Positions 22,758-33,764 of a DNA stretch of 36,632 nt are shown piece after piece. Below the pieces are notes generated by a model. It ran no database searches, was not told the DNA's origin, and saw nothing but the letters and a program-made list of their open reading frames with translations. The stretch's first letter is position 1. Each line of letters starts with the position of its first letter. The position numbers and the translations under genes are program-made. Origin of the DNA: Reclinomonas americana ATCC 50394 (taxonomy: Eukaryota); the NCBI GenBank assembly GCA_048213135.1, contig PS015151.1, positions 1,810 to 38,441 of the forward strand, in the 5' to 3' direction.

Positions 22758-25700
22758 TCACGTCGCGGACTTGGCCGTGGGTATCTCACTGGCGTTGTCG
22801 ACCAAGGCGAGGGAGTCCAGGGCCGAGGCGCCCGCCGCAACACCACCCTCTTGCGTGCCAGTGGATTTGGTGCGCACCAGGTAGCCGGCAAAGTAGTTGA
22901 CGTACTCGGCCTTGCCATTGCTGCGAGCGAGGCGGGGAATGTGAGGCAGACAACTCACGGTAGGTGGCAGACACACAAAACGACACGACGCACCCCAAGA
23001 AACACGAGTAGATGCCAAACTCGCTTTGCACGGGTCCGTGGTACAGAGCACCGTCGCGCAAAATGTACGAGTTTTCCACCGACAGCGCATCAATGCGGCT
23101 CATTAGCGTGAACTCGGCACCGTAATGAATGCGCTCGTCGTCCGTCTGTGATGATGCGCGAAGTGAGTGGTCAGAAGACGAGTCTCCATGTTGCGAGCAC
23201 AGACCTTGGCGTCCAACACGCGCTGCACGGTGCGGCGCAGCTCCTCGCCAAAAAGCAGATTGCCGCCACCCTCGCGCTGCGGCTTGAGCACATAATTCTC
23301 CGGATGAGCCGCGGCGTCACGAATGGCAGCCAGTGTTGTGCTATCCGTGTCCTCGAGTGCAAACTGCCCCATGAACGTGGCGCTCAAGCGTTGCCGCTCG
23401 TCGGCGTCCGGCACAAATCTGCCACGTCGTTCAGGCGTGGCCTTCACAAGAAGAAGGGGCAGAAATATGTGAGCACGCAACTGGGCCAGCACGNNNNNNN
23501 NNNNNNNNNNNNNNNNNNNNNNNNNNNNNNNNNNNNNNNNNNNNNNNNNNNNNNNNNNNNNNNNNNNNNNNNNNNNNNNNNNNNNNNNNNNNNNNNNNNN
23601 NNNNNNNNNNNNNNNNNNNNNNNNNNNNNNNNNNNNNNNNNNNNNNNNNNNNNNNNNNNNNNNNNNNNNNNNNNNNNNNNNNNNNNNNNNNNNNNNNNNN
23701 NNNNNNNNNNNNNNNNNNNNNNNNNNNNNNNNNNNNNNNNNNNNNNNNNNNNNNNNNNNNNNNNNNNNNNNNNNNNNNNNNNNNNNNNNNNNNNNNNNNN
23801 NNNNNNNNNNNNNNNNNNNNNNNNNNNNNNNNNNNNNNNNNNNNNNNNNNNNNNNNNNNNNNNNNNNNNNNNNNNNNNNNNNNNNNNNNNNNNNNNNNNN
23901 NNNNNNNNNNNNNNNNNNNNNNNNNNNNNNNNNNNNNNNNNNNNNNNNNNNNNNNNNNNNNNNNNNNNNNNNNNNNNNNNNNNNNNNNNNNNNNNNNNNN
24001 NNNNNNNNNNNNNNNNNNNNNNNNNNNNNNNNNNNNNNNNNNNNNNNNNNNNNNNNNNNNNNNNNNNNNNNNNNNNNNNNNNNNNNNNNNNNNNNNNNNN
24101 NNNNNNNNNNNNNNNNNNNNNNNNNNNNNNNNNNNNNNNNNNNNNNNNNNNNNNNNNNNNNNNNNNNNNNNNNNNNNNNNNNNNNNNNNNNNNNNNNNNN
24201 NNNNNNNNNNNNNNNNNNNNNNNNNNNNNNNNNNNNNNNNNNNNNNNNNNNNNNNNNNNNNNNNNNNNNNNNNNNNNNNNNNNNNNNNNNNNNNNNNNNN
24301 NNNNNNNNNNNNNNNNNNNNNNNNNNNNNNNNNNNNNNNNNNNNNNNNNNNNNNNNNNNNNNNNNNNNNNNNNNNNNNNNNNNNNNNNNNNNNNNNNNNN
24401 NNNNNNNNNNNNNNNNNNNNNNNNNNNNNNNNNNNNNNNNNNNNNNNNNNNNNNNNNNNNNNNNNNNNNNNNNNNNNNNNNNNNGAGAGAGAGAGAGACG
24501 GATGATGGAGCAAGGGGACGACGTGAGGGGAGGAACTGATGACGGATGAACGCAGCGCACACCAATGCATTGCACAGGGGTGTGTGTGTGTGTGCGTGTG
24601 CGTGTGCGAGAGAGAGAGACGCACACACACACACACACACACACAAGGATGATAAAGATGATGGGAAGGGGGGAGGAGTAGGCGAGTGAGAAAAAGCGAG
24701 ATGGGAGAAGGAATAAATGGACTAACATCAGCTGGGGAGCGCGACAGAAGAGAGTGGAAGGAGAGGAGTGCGGGCGAATGAGCGGCAAAGAGCAAGGCGA
24801 GAGCGAAACATCACTTTCTAATCAGATGGAAAGAAAAAAGGTTGAATCTGGAAGAGAGAAAGAAGAGGGCGGAAGTGAGAGGCAAACAGCAGGGGGGAGA
24901 GCGAAAACAGCACAGTCTGAGCAGTTGCAGAGAAAAAAAGCTCGTAACTGGAAGAGAGATAGAAGAGAGTGAGCGTGGGCGAGTAAGAGGCAACAGCAAG
25001 GCGAGAGAAGCCTGACTGCAAGACGGAGAGTCGGAGTGAGGAAGAGGGATGTTCGGAGAGTCGGGGACTTGCATGCAAGGCGACATCAAGGCCAGAGGAG
25101 TGGAACAGCCGACCACCGCAGTCGCTCTCCTCACTCCGAGACGTAAAGGACACCGATAGAGTGACCAATCAATCATTACAGANNNNNNNNNNNNNNNNNN
25201 NNNNNNNNNNNNNNNNNNNNNNNNNNNNNNNNNNNNNNNNNNNNNNNNNNNNNNNNNNNNNNNNNNNNNNNNNNNNNNNNNNNNNNNNNNNNNNNNNNNN
25301 NNNNNNNNNNNNNNNNNNNNNNNNNNNNNNNNNNNNNNNNNNNNNNNNNNNNNNNNNNNNNNNNNNNNNNNNNNNNNCCTCTTGCTCTGCTCCGCCGTCA
25401 ACGCGCCACCATGCATCTCCAAGAACAACCTATGCGCCGCCGCCATCGCATCAACCACACCATGCTCCGGCTGATTCTGCTCACTCAGTCGCCCAAAACC
25501 ATGTCGCGACGCCATGAACCGATGAAAGCGCGTCACGCGCGTCGCCAGCACCGCCAACGCCGCCGACATGGTATTGATCTCCACCATGCGCAGCGCATCA
25601 GAGCCTCCCATCGCCGGTGCATGCAGCATGTAATCCGTGCGATGAATGCCCAGACTCAGCACCTGCGCTCGCTTCTCCACTGGCACCGACTGATAGATGC

Positions 25701-26128
25701 GCATGAGATTGGCCGTGAACGCGTCTGTGCACGCGCTCATCAGCGACTNNNNNNNNNNNNNNNNNNNNTTGCATGCTATGAACATATGTGTGGACGACGG
25801 AACACACCCGCTTGTGCAACATGCGCGAGTGTGGAGGTGAGGAAAGTGGGGTGTCGCGCGACTGCATCCACGAGGCGATTCACACAGGCGGATAAGTCAC
25901 GGACGCGCTCGTATGCGCTGCGTGGAAGAAGCGCCGCGCGGAGAGTCACAGGCGCCACCATCATCGTCCCCGCAGACGAGGCTGAGAGAGAGTGAGAAAG
26001 AGAGAGTGAGAGAGTGAGTGTGTGTGCGCGCAACGAGAGACTGTGACACCAGGCGCAGGCAACGGCGGCCTCAGCAGGATGCCAGTGGAGGCGCAGTACC
26101 ATGCTGCGTCTTGCAACACACTCTGCAT
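22758..26128 (-). CDS. GSS: Glutathione synthetase, eukaryotic type (ATP-grasp), multi-exon, interrupted by three gaps
   Basis: Hallmark motifs APVTL, LGIHRTDYM, VEINTMSA, YVLKPQREGGGN, SEFGIYS, AGYLVRTK, EGGVAAG..ALDS. Stop at 22758; probable ATG at 26128. Confidence 0.92.
23494..24484. other. Assembly gap (inside GSS)
   Basis: Run of N. Confidence 1.
25183..25377. other. Assembly gap (inside GSS)
   Basis: Run of N. Confidence 1.
25749..25768. other. Small assembly gap (inside GSS)
   Basis: Run of 20 N. Confidence 1.
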
Positions 26129-26204
26129 GCTCACTCTCTCTCTCTCTGCAAAGACAAACACGAGCTCCGATCAACGGAGTTCACCTTTTTACTTTGTGTT
26201 TGCC

Positions 26205-26834
26205 ATGACGGAGAGTGTGTCGCTCACGCAGTTGGCCGCGTCGCCGTACGCGATTGTGTTTGTTGCACTGACCACGTTTGCTGTGTGGCTTGCCTGGTGA
26301 GTGAGACAAGACTGAAGAGAGGAAGACAAAGAGAGAAGAGTGCAAGTTTGTTTTGTGTTTTGTGTGCAGGAGTGTGCAGGAGTGTGTGCTTGTGGGTATA
26401 GGTGTGCGAAAAGTGCAAAGAAAGTGTGCAAAAGTGTGCGAAAGTGTGCAGAAAAGTGTGCATTAGTGGGGAAAAGTGTGCAAAGTGTGCGAAAAGTGTG
26501 CGGAAAGTGTGTGAAAGTGTGCGTTTGTGTGTGCAAGTGTGTGCCAGTGTGTGTTATGTGCAAGCATGTGCAGTAGTGTGCAAAAGTGTGTGCATAAGTG
26601 TGAAAAAGTGTGCAAAGTGTGCGAAAAGTGTGCATTAGTGTGCGGAAAGTGTGCAGAAAGTGTGCGTTTGTGTGCGTAAGTGTGTGCCAGTGTGTGTTAT
26701 GTGCAAGTGTGTGCAGTAGTGTGCAAAAAGTGTGCATCAGTGTGAAAAAGTGCGTGTTTGGTGCGTTTCGTGTGTGACAAGTGTACAAGTATGCATGTGT
26801 GTGCAAGACTTTGTGCGTTTCTCACTTGCTTTCC

Positions 26835-26868
<34 letters not shown>

Positions 26869-27448
26869 TGTTTGCAGGTGCGTGTCTGGATGGGCGACGC
26901 GCAAGTTGCAGCGTGTTTTGCTGCTGTTGCTTCGCGTGATTATTGTTGTTGCTGTTCTTGCGGTGATGCATGCGGCGTTTGTCAACTGGGAGACGCTGGC
27001 GCGTCGTGAGACGGTGGGCGAGGTGCAGCAGTGGGCGCAAAAGGCGGTGACACGTGTGCAGGAGCGCCTGCATAGCACCATTGAGAAGGTGTGTGTGCCT
27101 TGTCTTTCATGTGTGTGCCTTGTGCTGATATGCGCGCTGGCAGGTGTCTGTGCATTTCGGAGCGCCGCCGACGGAGATTGAGACGACTCCGCCGCTTGGT
27201 GAGGAGGACGAGGAGGAGATTGTCACTCCTGTTGAGGAGAAGGTGCGTGGGCGTGAGGTGCCTGCGTGCGTGTGTGAGACGTGTGAAGTGAGTGTGGCGT
27301 TGTGCAGGCGGTGGTGCAGGAGGAGGAGGCGCCGGTCGCGTCGCAGCAGCAGCAGCAGGAGGAGGCTGTCGCCGCTCATGACAATGTCGATGTCGATGAG
27401 GAGGACGACGACGATGACGATGAGGAGAAGACGCATGATGAGCTGTGA
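26205..27448 (+). CDS. Small hypothetical membrane protein (~180 aa) with two hydrophobic segments, an acidic tail and C-terminal HDEL
   Basis: Exons 26205-26296, 26878-27088, 27144-27242 and 27308-27448 join in phase through GT-AG introns and end ...DEEDDDDDDEEKTHDEL-stop. Not visible in the ORF track. Confidence 0.75.
26340..26870 (+). repeat. Degenerate intronic satellite (~10-nt AAAGTGTGC(A/G) units with a ~144-nt higher-order duplication) plus (GT)n
   Basis: Repeated AAAAGTGTGC units; the block GTGTGCGTTTGTGTG..AAGTGTGTGCCAGTGTGTGTTATGTGCAAG..TGTGCAGTAGTGTGCAAAA occurs near 26517 and 26660. Confidence 0.85.
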
Positions 27449-27711
27449 GCATCGTCGTGGAGATGCGGCGGCGGTGAGGCGACCTGTGAAGAGAGTGAAC
27501 ACACTTGGTGCGTTTGCATGCTGTCAGAGACAACTGTGCATGCTGCGCTGCGCAGGTGTAGGTATCTTGTGTGCTGTCTTGCACGCGATAGGCTGTCGCT
27601 GCATCCACCGCGACAACAGACACGCGTCGCACTGCATCGTGACCAATTACCAGCGACGTCGTCCATTGCAGCAGTGAACTCCGCTTCACGCTGCTTGCAT
27701 GGAGCCCCTCG

Positions 27712-27716
<5 letters not shown>

Positions 27717-27756
<40 letters not shown>
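27717..27756 (+). repeat. (GA)n microsatellite
   Basis: About 19 consecutive GA units. Similar (GT)n/(GA)n tracts lie at 3021-3040, 16228-16254, 17773-17808 and 35878-35905. Confidence 0.9.
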
Positions 27757-27758
<2 letters not shown>

Positions 27759-28116
27759 TGATAGAGACAGACGTTCTTCTGCAGAATGGCAAAGAGGATA
27801 TTGAGAGAGACACAGAAGTTTGAGTGTGAGGGATAGACAGACGCATACAGACTTCTAGAAAGATAGGTTAGTGCCCACGCTCTTATGCAGTCGCAGGGCT
27901 GGCAGGCCCTTTCAATCCGGATTCTCCGGACTGCATGATCGTTATAGAAGCACGGCTATGCACCTAAGTGGCAATCCCGGCCTCGACGTGGATCGCAATC
28001 AAACTTCGACGTCGCCAGCTGGAGCACAGGTCTTACGAGTTCCAGCACAAGCTATCGCACCACGCAATAGCGTACAGGAGAGCTCACAATTCCACGTGTC
28101 CTGATCCATTCCTGGC

Positions 28117-31100
28117 ATGTCCTCTCAATCCAATCACCCTTCGCCCTCACCCATGAGGTGGCCTCCCCGCCGCCTGCGCCACGGCGCTCTTGTTCTCCTC
28201 CTTCTCACCGCCACCGTCTCACTCTCTGCTCTCATCGGCTACTTTGCCTGCTACGCCTACTTCCACTGGCCACTCGCCGCCTCCTCCGCCGCCGACTACA
28301 ACATGCCTCTGGTGTGGCGCATGTATCACGGACGCGGAGCTTGGGTCCTCTTCGCTGTCGCCTTTTGTGTGCATGCATTAGTGGTGCGCGCACACAGTCA
28401 GTCATCTCTCACACACGTGCGATCATCAGTCTCCTAATCAATGAGGGTGGCAGTCGGTGAATCTGTTGCTTCTTGTGGCGGCGATCACTCGTCGCGCTGC
28501 GCAGGCGAGGTTATTGTTGTCTATCCGATCGATGGTGTCGGTGACTGCGGGATGGAGTGGTGTGTTGGTGCTGGGCTGGTGGATGTGGGTGTCGGGGAGC
28601 GCGTTGGCACCGGAGACCATTCTCTTTGGCATGTGTTGTATGGTTGGCGCGATGACCAGTGCTGGTGGGTGGATGGGGAGGGGCAGAGGGTGAGCAAAGA
28701 TCCGATACTGGCAGTGATTCCACTCTGATCTGTCTCTTTGTGGGCGAAAAGAGAGACGAGTGCGAGAGAAAAGGCGTGGGCGATCAGTGAGTCGATACAT
28801 GCAGCTGTTCCACTCTCTCTTCCCTCGTCCTTCAAGATAGATGAGAGGGTGAGTGTGGACGATCAGAGTCGATGTATGCAGATGTTCCATTCCGATCTCT
28901 CTTTGAAGAGATGCGTGATCCCACGAATGCACCTGCTTCACTTGGAACAGTCGCCTCACTCTCGTTCTTTCTCCCTCCGCCCTCTCCATATCTGTGAGCA
29001 TTGCAAGTGAGAAGGGGAGCGAGCGCGAGAGACAAGAATGAAAGAAGGATCTGTGATTCGGCAGTGGGGGAAGTACCAAGACCGAGAGAGAGAGAGAGAG
29101 AGAGCAATCGCTCGTTCGTCGCGATGCGCTTCTGCTGCTGCCACCCTCTCTCTATATCTCCTTCCCTTTCTCTCTTTGCATCGTGGGGGATTCGCGGTGA
29201 CGAACCCCATCCCATGCCTGTGCCGTCAGCTTTTCGGCGCTTCCTCCTGAAGAGAGAGGGCGGAAGAAGAAGAAGAAGAGGAAGAAGATGTGGCTGAGGC
29301 CGGGTGGAGACAGTCAGTGGCTCGATACATGCAGCTGTTCCATTCCGAGTTGTTCTTCTGTGTCTTTCTCGCTCTCTTTCTCTTTTTCTTTGAGGAGACA
29401 TGAGGAAGAGTGAATAATCGATGATCCCGGGGATGCACCTCGCCTCACTCTCTTTCTCCTTCTGCCCTCTGCATATCTGTGGGCATCGCGAAGGAAAAGG
29501 GGGACGAGCGCGAGAGTAATCACAAGAGAGAAGATAATGACATTGAGAGCAGTATCAGAATGGGAGGGAGAGACTCCCTCTCCCTTCTCCCTCACGCCCT
29601 TTCCCTTCTCCCTTCTCCCTCCCTCACCCCTCACCCCTTCTCCCTTCTCCCTTCTATCCCCCACAGCGGTAATGCTCATGTTCGCCGTGATCCTGCACGC
29701 CCGACGCGCACTCCGCCGAGAGGTTTCCCGCCGCAGCGCACTGCTGGTGGCCGTGCTGGTGGCACTATTATCGCTCTACTTGTCATCCAGTGGTCCGTTG
29801 GGCGCCCTGCTGAGACCTGTGGTGCTGCTGCCCGGCGCCTCCATTGCCTGCTTCCTGGTGTCGCACTTGGTGGAGGTGTTGTCGCCGTACATTGTCAGCG
29901 CGTATGCGCGCCGCCGGCTGGGCCTGCTGCTGGCCGTGATCATTGACGCGGCGGTTTTTGCGGTGTGCTTTGGTCGGCGTGACGAGTGGACACCGTGGAT
30001 GCCTGCGTGGGCCATCGTGCTCTTTTACTTTTTCATGCTGTTGATGGTGGCGTCGGTCGCCATGGCCCTCATTCCGGTGTCTTCCAATTCGATGTTGACG
30101 ACGGTGGCGGTCATTGCCAGCATAGCCAAGCCTGTGGTGCGTGTGCGGAAGCGGGAGGAAGAGCTCTCTTTCGCTACCTTGTCCCCTCTCGCTCATATGG
30201 TTGCAGGTCGGCTCCTGGCTGGCATCGGTCATTGTCGCTGCGCTGTCGGCGTTCGACTCACCTGGTCGCGAGTGGAACGCACGCACACTCAGTGTCGTCA
30301 GCGGCTGCGGTACCTTGCTGTTGCAGCTAATGGTCTGCGTGCGTGTGTGGCGAGGACATTGGCCTGCACGTTTCATCACCTACGCCTTGGTTGGATGTGA
30401 GTGCTGCTCCCTCCCACTGACTCCACTTTGCGTTCGTCCTCTCATGCTCGTGTGCAGTCTTGTGCATCTTCACTGTGCTCGACATTTTCGCCGGCATCAC
30501 GATAGAAATGGAGGGCGCAATGCGCACCATACTGCTTCACGTGATCCAGTTTGTCGTCTACTACGCCGTTGGGCGGTGCACGCGATGGCGGGACCGCACC
30601 ATGCATATTTGCATGGCCATTTGTATTGTGCTGGCCGTGTCTTCCAACACGGTGACCGTCACCGTGTCGGAGCTCTTCAAATCGATGCAGTTATCCCGCG
30701 TTGCCACCACGTGCCCGAACACGGCCGAACAGGGTTGAGTGTTGTCGATGCCACTTCTCACCGACGTCGTGTTGCTTGCTGATGTGTGATGGCACATGCA
30801 GCGTGGCTCATTCGCGACATGTGTGCCGAAACCGAATGGCCGCTGAGCCAGAGACGATTGAGTGCGGCGCGGAGGATAGAACTGGTGTCGCAGTGGTGCG
30901 TTCCTCGTGTGTACTTGTAATCGATGCCGCTTGCTCACTCTGTGACGCAGTGCCGCGATGGTGAATCGATGGCTGGTGTTCGGCTGGTGGATGGTGAGAG
31001 AGAGAGAGTGAGAAAATCCGGATGTTGATCAAATGGGAAGTGTCTCACATGCTTGGCAGATTGTCGCCGTGTTTATGACGGGCGTTGCACGACAGCACGT

Positions 31101-32308
31101 GCACCGGACACCGCTGCCGGCCCCTCCGTGCAAGTTGTATGCGCGGCAGCTGAAGGAGCGCCTGATCGATGTTTACGTGGAATTCTCGCCGTGGCTGTGT
31201 CTCGGATTGATAATGCATGTGCGCGGACTGCTCGACGGCACCGGTCACGAGCACGTGGCGTTGTACCCCTTGGTTGTTGTGTTGTCGGGTGCGTGTGTGT
31301 GTGTGCGTGTGCATAAAGTCCGGTAAGTGATTACTCACCAACCTGCTCAACACCCAGTGACTGCCAATATTCTGTGGCATCGACAAAGCCAAGTGGACAT
31401 GCGCACGCTGCCGCTGCCGCCATTAGTTGCCGCGGTGATCGGGCTGCTGTTTGTGAACCTGTCGCCCAGCTCCCATCGACTTGCGTGCGACACTTTTAGC
31501 TGGTGCATGTGTCACATTTGTCTGCGATACAAATGGTCGGACAATCTGTGGCGGGTGCTGGAGCGCGATGCCTTTGCGTCGGTACGGCGTGCACTCCTGC
31601 ACGATGAGCTGACAAGGATGTGCGCACGCTGATTCGATTCTGCTTCCTCGCGCAGCCATCGGAGTCGCAGTCAAAATTCGCCATATTCAGCAGTATGCGC
31701 AGCTACTACCGAGCCGAAGGCAAACAGTTTCGTCGCTCCCTGCTGTGTGATACGCTTCTCTTTCGTTGGGTCTCTCTGAGGCGACGATGCCTGGCAGACG
31801 CAACATCAAGGCTCCGCCGCCGGCCCCGCCACTGGCCGACATTGTCAGCAAGCGGGTTGCGGGGCCGCTGCATGCACCAATACTGGAATCTACTGCCGAC
31901 GCTCCGCCCGCGAAAACGGTGACGATTGTGGACGGCAGAATACGTGGCGGCTTTCTGCATCCACCCGTATTGTGGGACTATTTGTCAGCTCAGCTCCCTC
32001 CACCCAAACCGCCACCACGCAGCTGGGTGGTGCGCTACTCCAATTGGTGCATTCGTCACGGAACAGCACTGGTGCGTGACGCCTCTTGTGCGCGTTGATT
32101 GCATGCGTTCATGTTTGTTTGATGGCTGAGCGTCGCGCAGTTGCGAACGTATGCAATCACCATCGGAATCTTCATGTTGCTCGTGGAATGCACTTGGTTG
32201 CCGGCGGGACCTTCTCCGTTTTGCACCATCTGCGTGGCCATGTTTGTCGGCTGGTCGCTGCCGAGCCGAACTCAGAATCGAGGACTGGAGCTTCACGAAG
32301 AATTATAG
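28117..32308 (+). CDS. Uncharacterised multi-pass membrane protein (~833 aa, 12 exons), C-terminus ...LELHEEL
   Basis: Phase-consistent exons 28117-28368, 28454-28664, 29667-30136, 30207-30396, 30458-30733, 30802-30895, 30951-30993, 31060-31288, 31358-31581, 31656-31726, 31798-32071 and 32141-32308 give many hydrophobic helices. No family recognised. Confidence 0.65.
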
Positions 32309-32473
32309 CGAAATTATAAACACAATAGCTTTGTTTATCACATGCACATGCACACACACACACACACACACAAACATAACAGGACTTCCTCGCCAGTCGG
32401 TCAGTTGGCGCCTGGCGGTTGCGGCATGGTGCGCACATTGAACTTGCACTGCGCGAACGGGGACACAATGAGC

Positions 32474-33237
32474 NNNNNNNNNNNNNNNNNNNNNNNNNNN
32501 NNNNNNNNNNNNNNNNNNNNNNNNNNNNNNNNNNNNNNNNNNNNNNNNNNNNNNNNNNNNNNNNNNNNNNNNNNNNNNNNNNNNNNNNNNNNNNNNNNNN
32601 NNNNNNNNNNNNNNNNNNNNNNNNNNNNNNNNNNNNNNNNNNNNNNNNNNNNNNNNNNNNNNNNNNNNNNNNNNNNNNNNNNNNNNNNNNNNNNNNNNNN
32701 NNNNNNNNNNNNNNNNNNNNNNNNNNNNNNNNNNNNNNNNNNNNNNNNNNNNNNNNNNNNNNNNNNNNNNNNNNNNNNNNNNNNNNNNNNNNNNNNNNNN
32801 NNNNNNNNNNNNNNNNNNNNNNNNNNNNNNNNNNNNNNNNNNNNNNNNNNNNNNNNNNNNNNNNNNNNNNNNNNNNNNNNNNNNNNNNNNNNNNNNNNNN
32901 NNNNNNNNNNNNNNNNNNNNNNNNNNNNNNNNNNNNNNNNNNNNNNNNNNNNNNNNNNNNNNNNNNNNNNNNNNNNNNNNNNNNNNNNNNNNNNNNNNNN
33001 NNNNNNNNNNNNNNNNNNNNNNNNNNNNNNNNNNNNNNNNNNNNNNNNNNNNNNNNNNNNNNNNNNNNNNNNNNNNNNNNNNNNNNNNNNNNNNNNNNNN
33101 NNNNNNNNNNNNNNNNNNNNNNNNNNNNNNNNNNNNNNNNNNNNNNNNNNNNNNNNNNNNNNNNNNNNNNNNNNNNNNNNNNNNNNNNNNNNNNNNNNNN
33201 NNNNNNNNNNNNNNNNNNNNNNNNNNNNNNNNNNNNN
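32474..33237. other. Assembly gap
   Basis: Run of N. Confidence 1.
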
Positions 33238-33359
33238 AGGTACTATACGAATAAGAAAAAACAAAAAGAGGAAGTTGAAGTAAGAAGCAAACGAGAGGGA
33301 AAATAAGAATGAGAAGAGAAAAGTAGGAAGAACGAGGGTGGCGGACAAGAGGGAAGAAA

Positions 33360-33764
33360 AGTGTCGTCTTCCTCCTGCCCGTGCTTTCTGCCTTCTACTA
33401 ATCTCCATTGTCGTGATATTTTCGTCCTCTGCCTCTCTTTCTTCTCGTCCATGTACTCCTCTTCTTTCCACCTGTGCTTCTGTATTCTTCTCTCTCCATT
33501 TGGTTTTCTTCTCTTTCTCCTCCTTTCCCTCCTCTTCCTCTCCTTCTCCTCCACCGCGCCTTCCTCACTCTGCACTGCATTCCTGCCCTCAACCTGATTG
33601 TCCTTTTCCTTCTTTTCCCCTCACAGTTCCCCCTTCCCCAATCGTCCTTTTCCCTCTCTTTCCCTCATCCTTCTCCTTCCCCTCCTCCTTCCCCTCATCC
33701 TCCTTCTCCTCATCCTTCTCCTTCCCCTCCTCCTTCTCCTTCTCCTCCTCCTTCCCCTTCCCAG
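33360..33764 (+). repeat. Pyrimidine-rich low-complexity tract (TCCTTCTCC/TCCTTCCCC), probably intronic
   Basis: Almost pure C/T repeats ending in the acceptor CCCAG at 33764. Confidence 0.75.

Noticed and set aside
22682-22758. Functional clustering of Cys-rich sensor kinases with glutathione synthetase (stops ~75 bp apart)
   Set aside because: Convergent adjacency in a compact eukaryotic genome is not evidence of co-function without conserved synteny.
26189-26806. His/Thr/Phe-rich 205-aa ORF and the Cys/Lys-rich opposite-strand ORFs
   Set aside because: They are translations of the intronic satellite.
28700-29350. CRISPR-like or array-like repeat of the CGATACATGCAGCTGTTCCA motif
   Set aside because: Copies are degenerate, irregularly spaced and lie inside a eukaryotic intron with no cas-like gene in the window.
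32401-32473. Possible last exon on the minus strand (CKFNVRTMPQPPGAN-stop) next to the gap
   Set aside because: Too short, and the rest would lie in N; cannot be supported.
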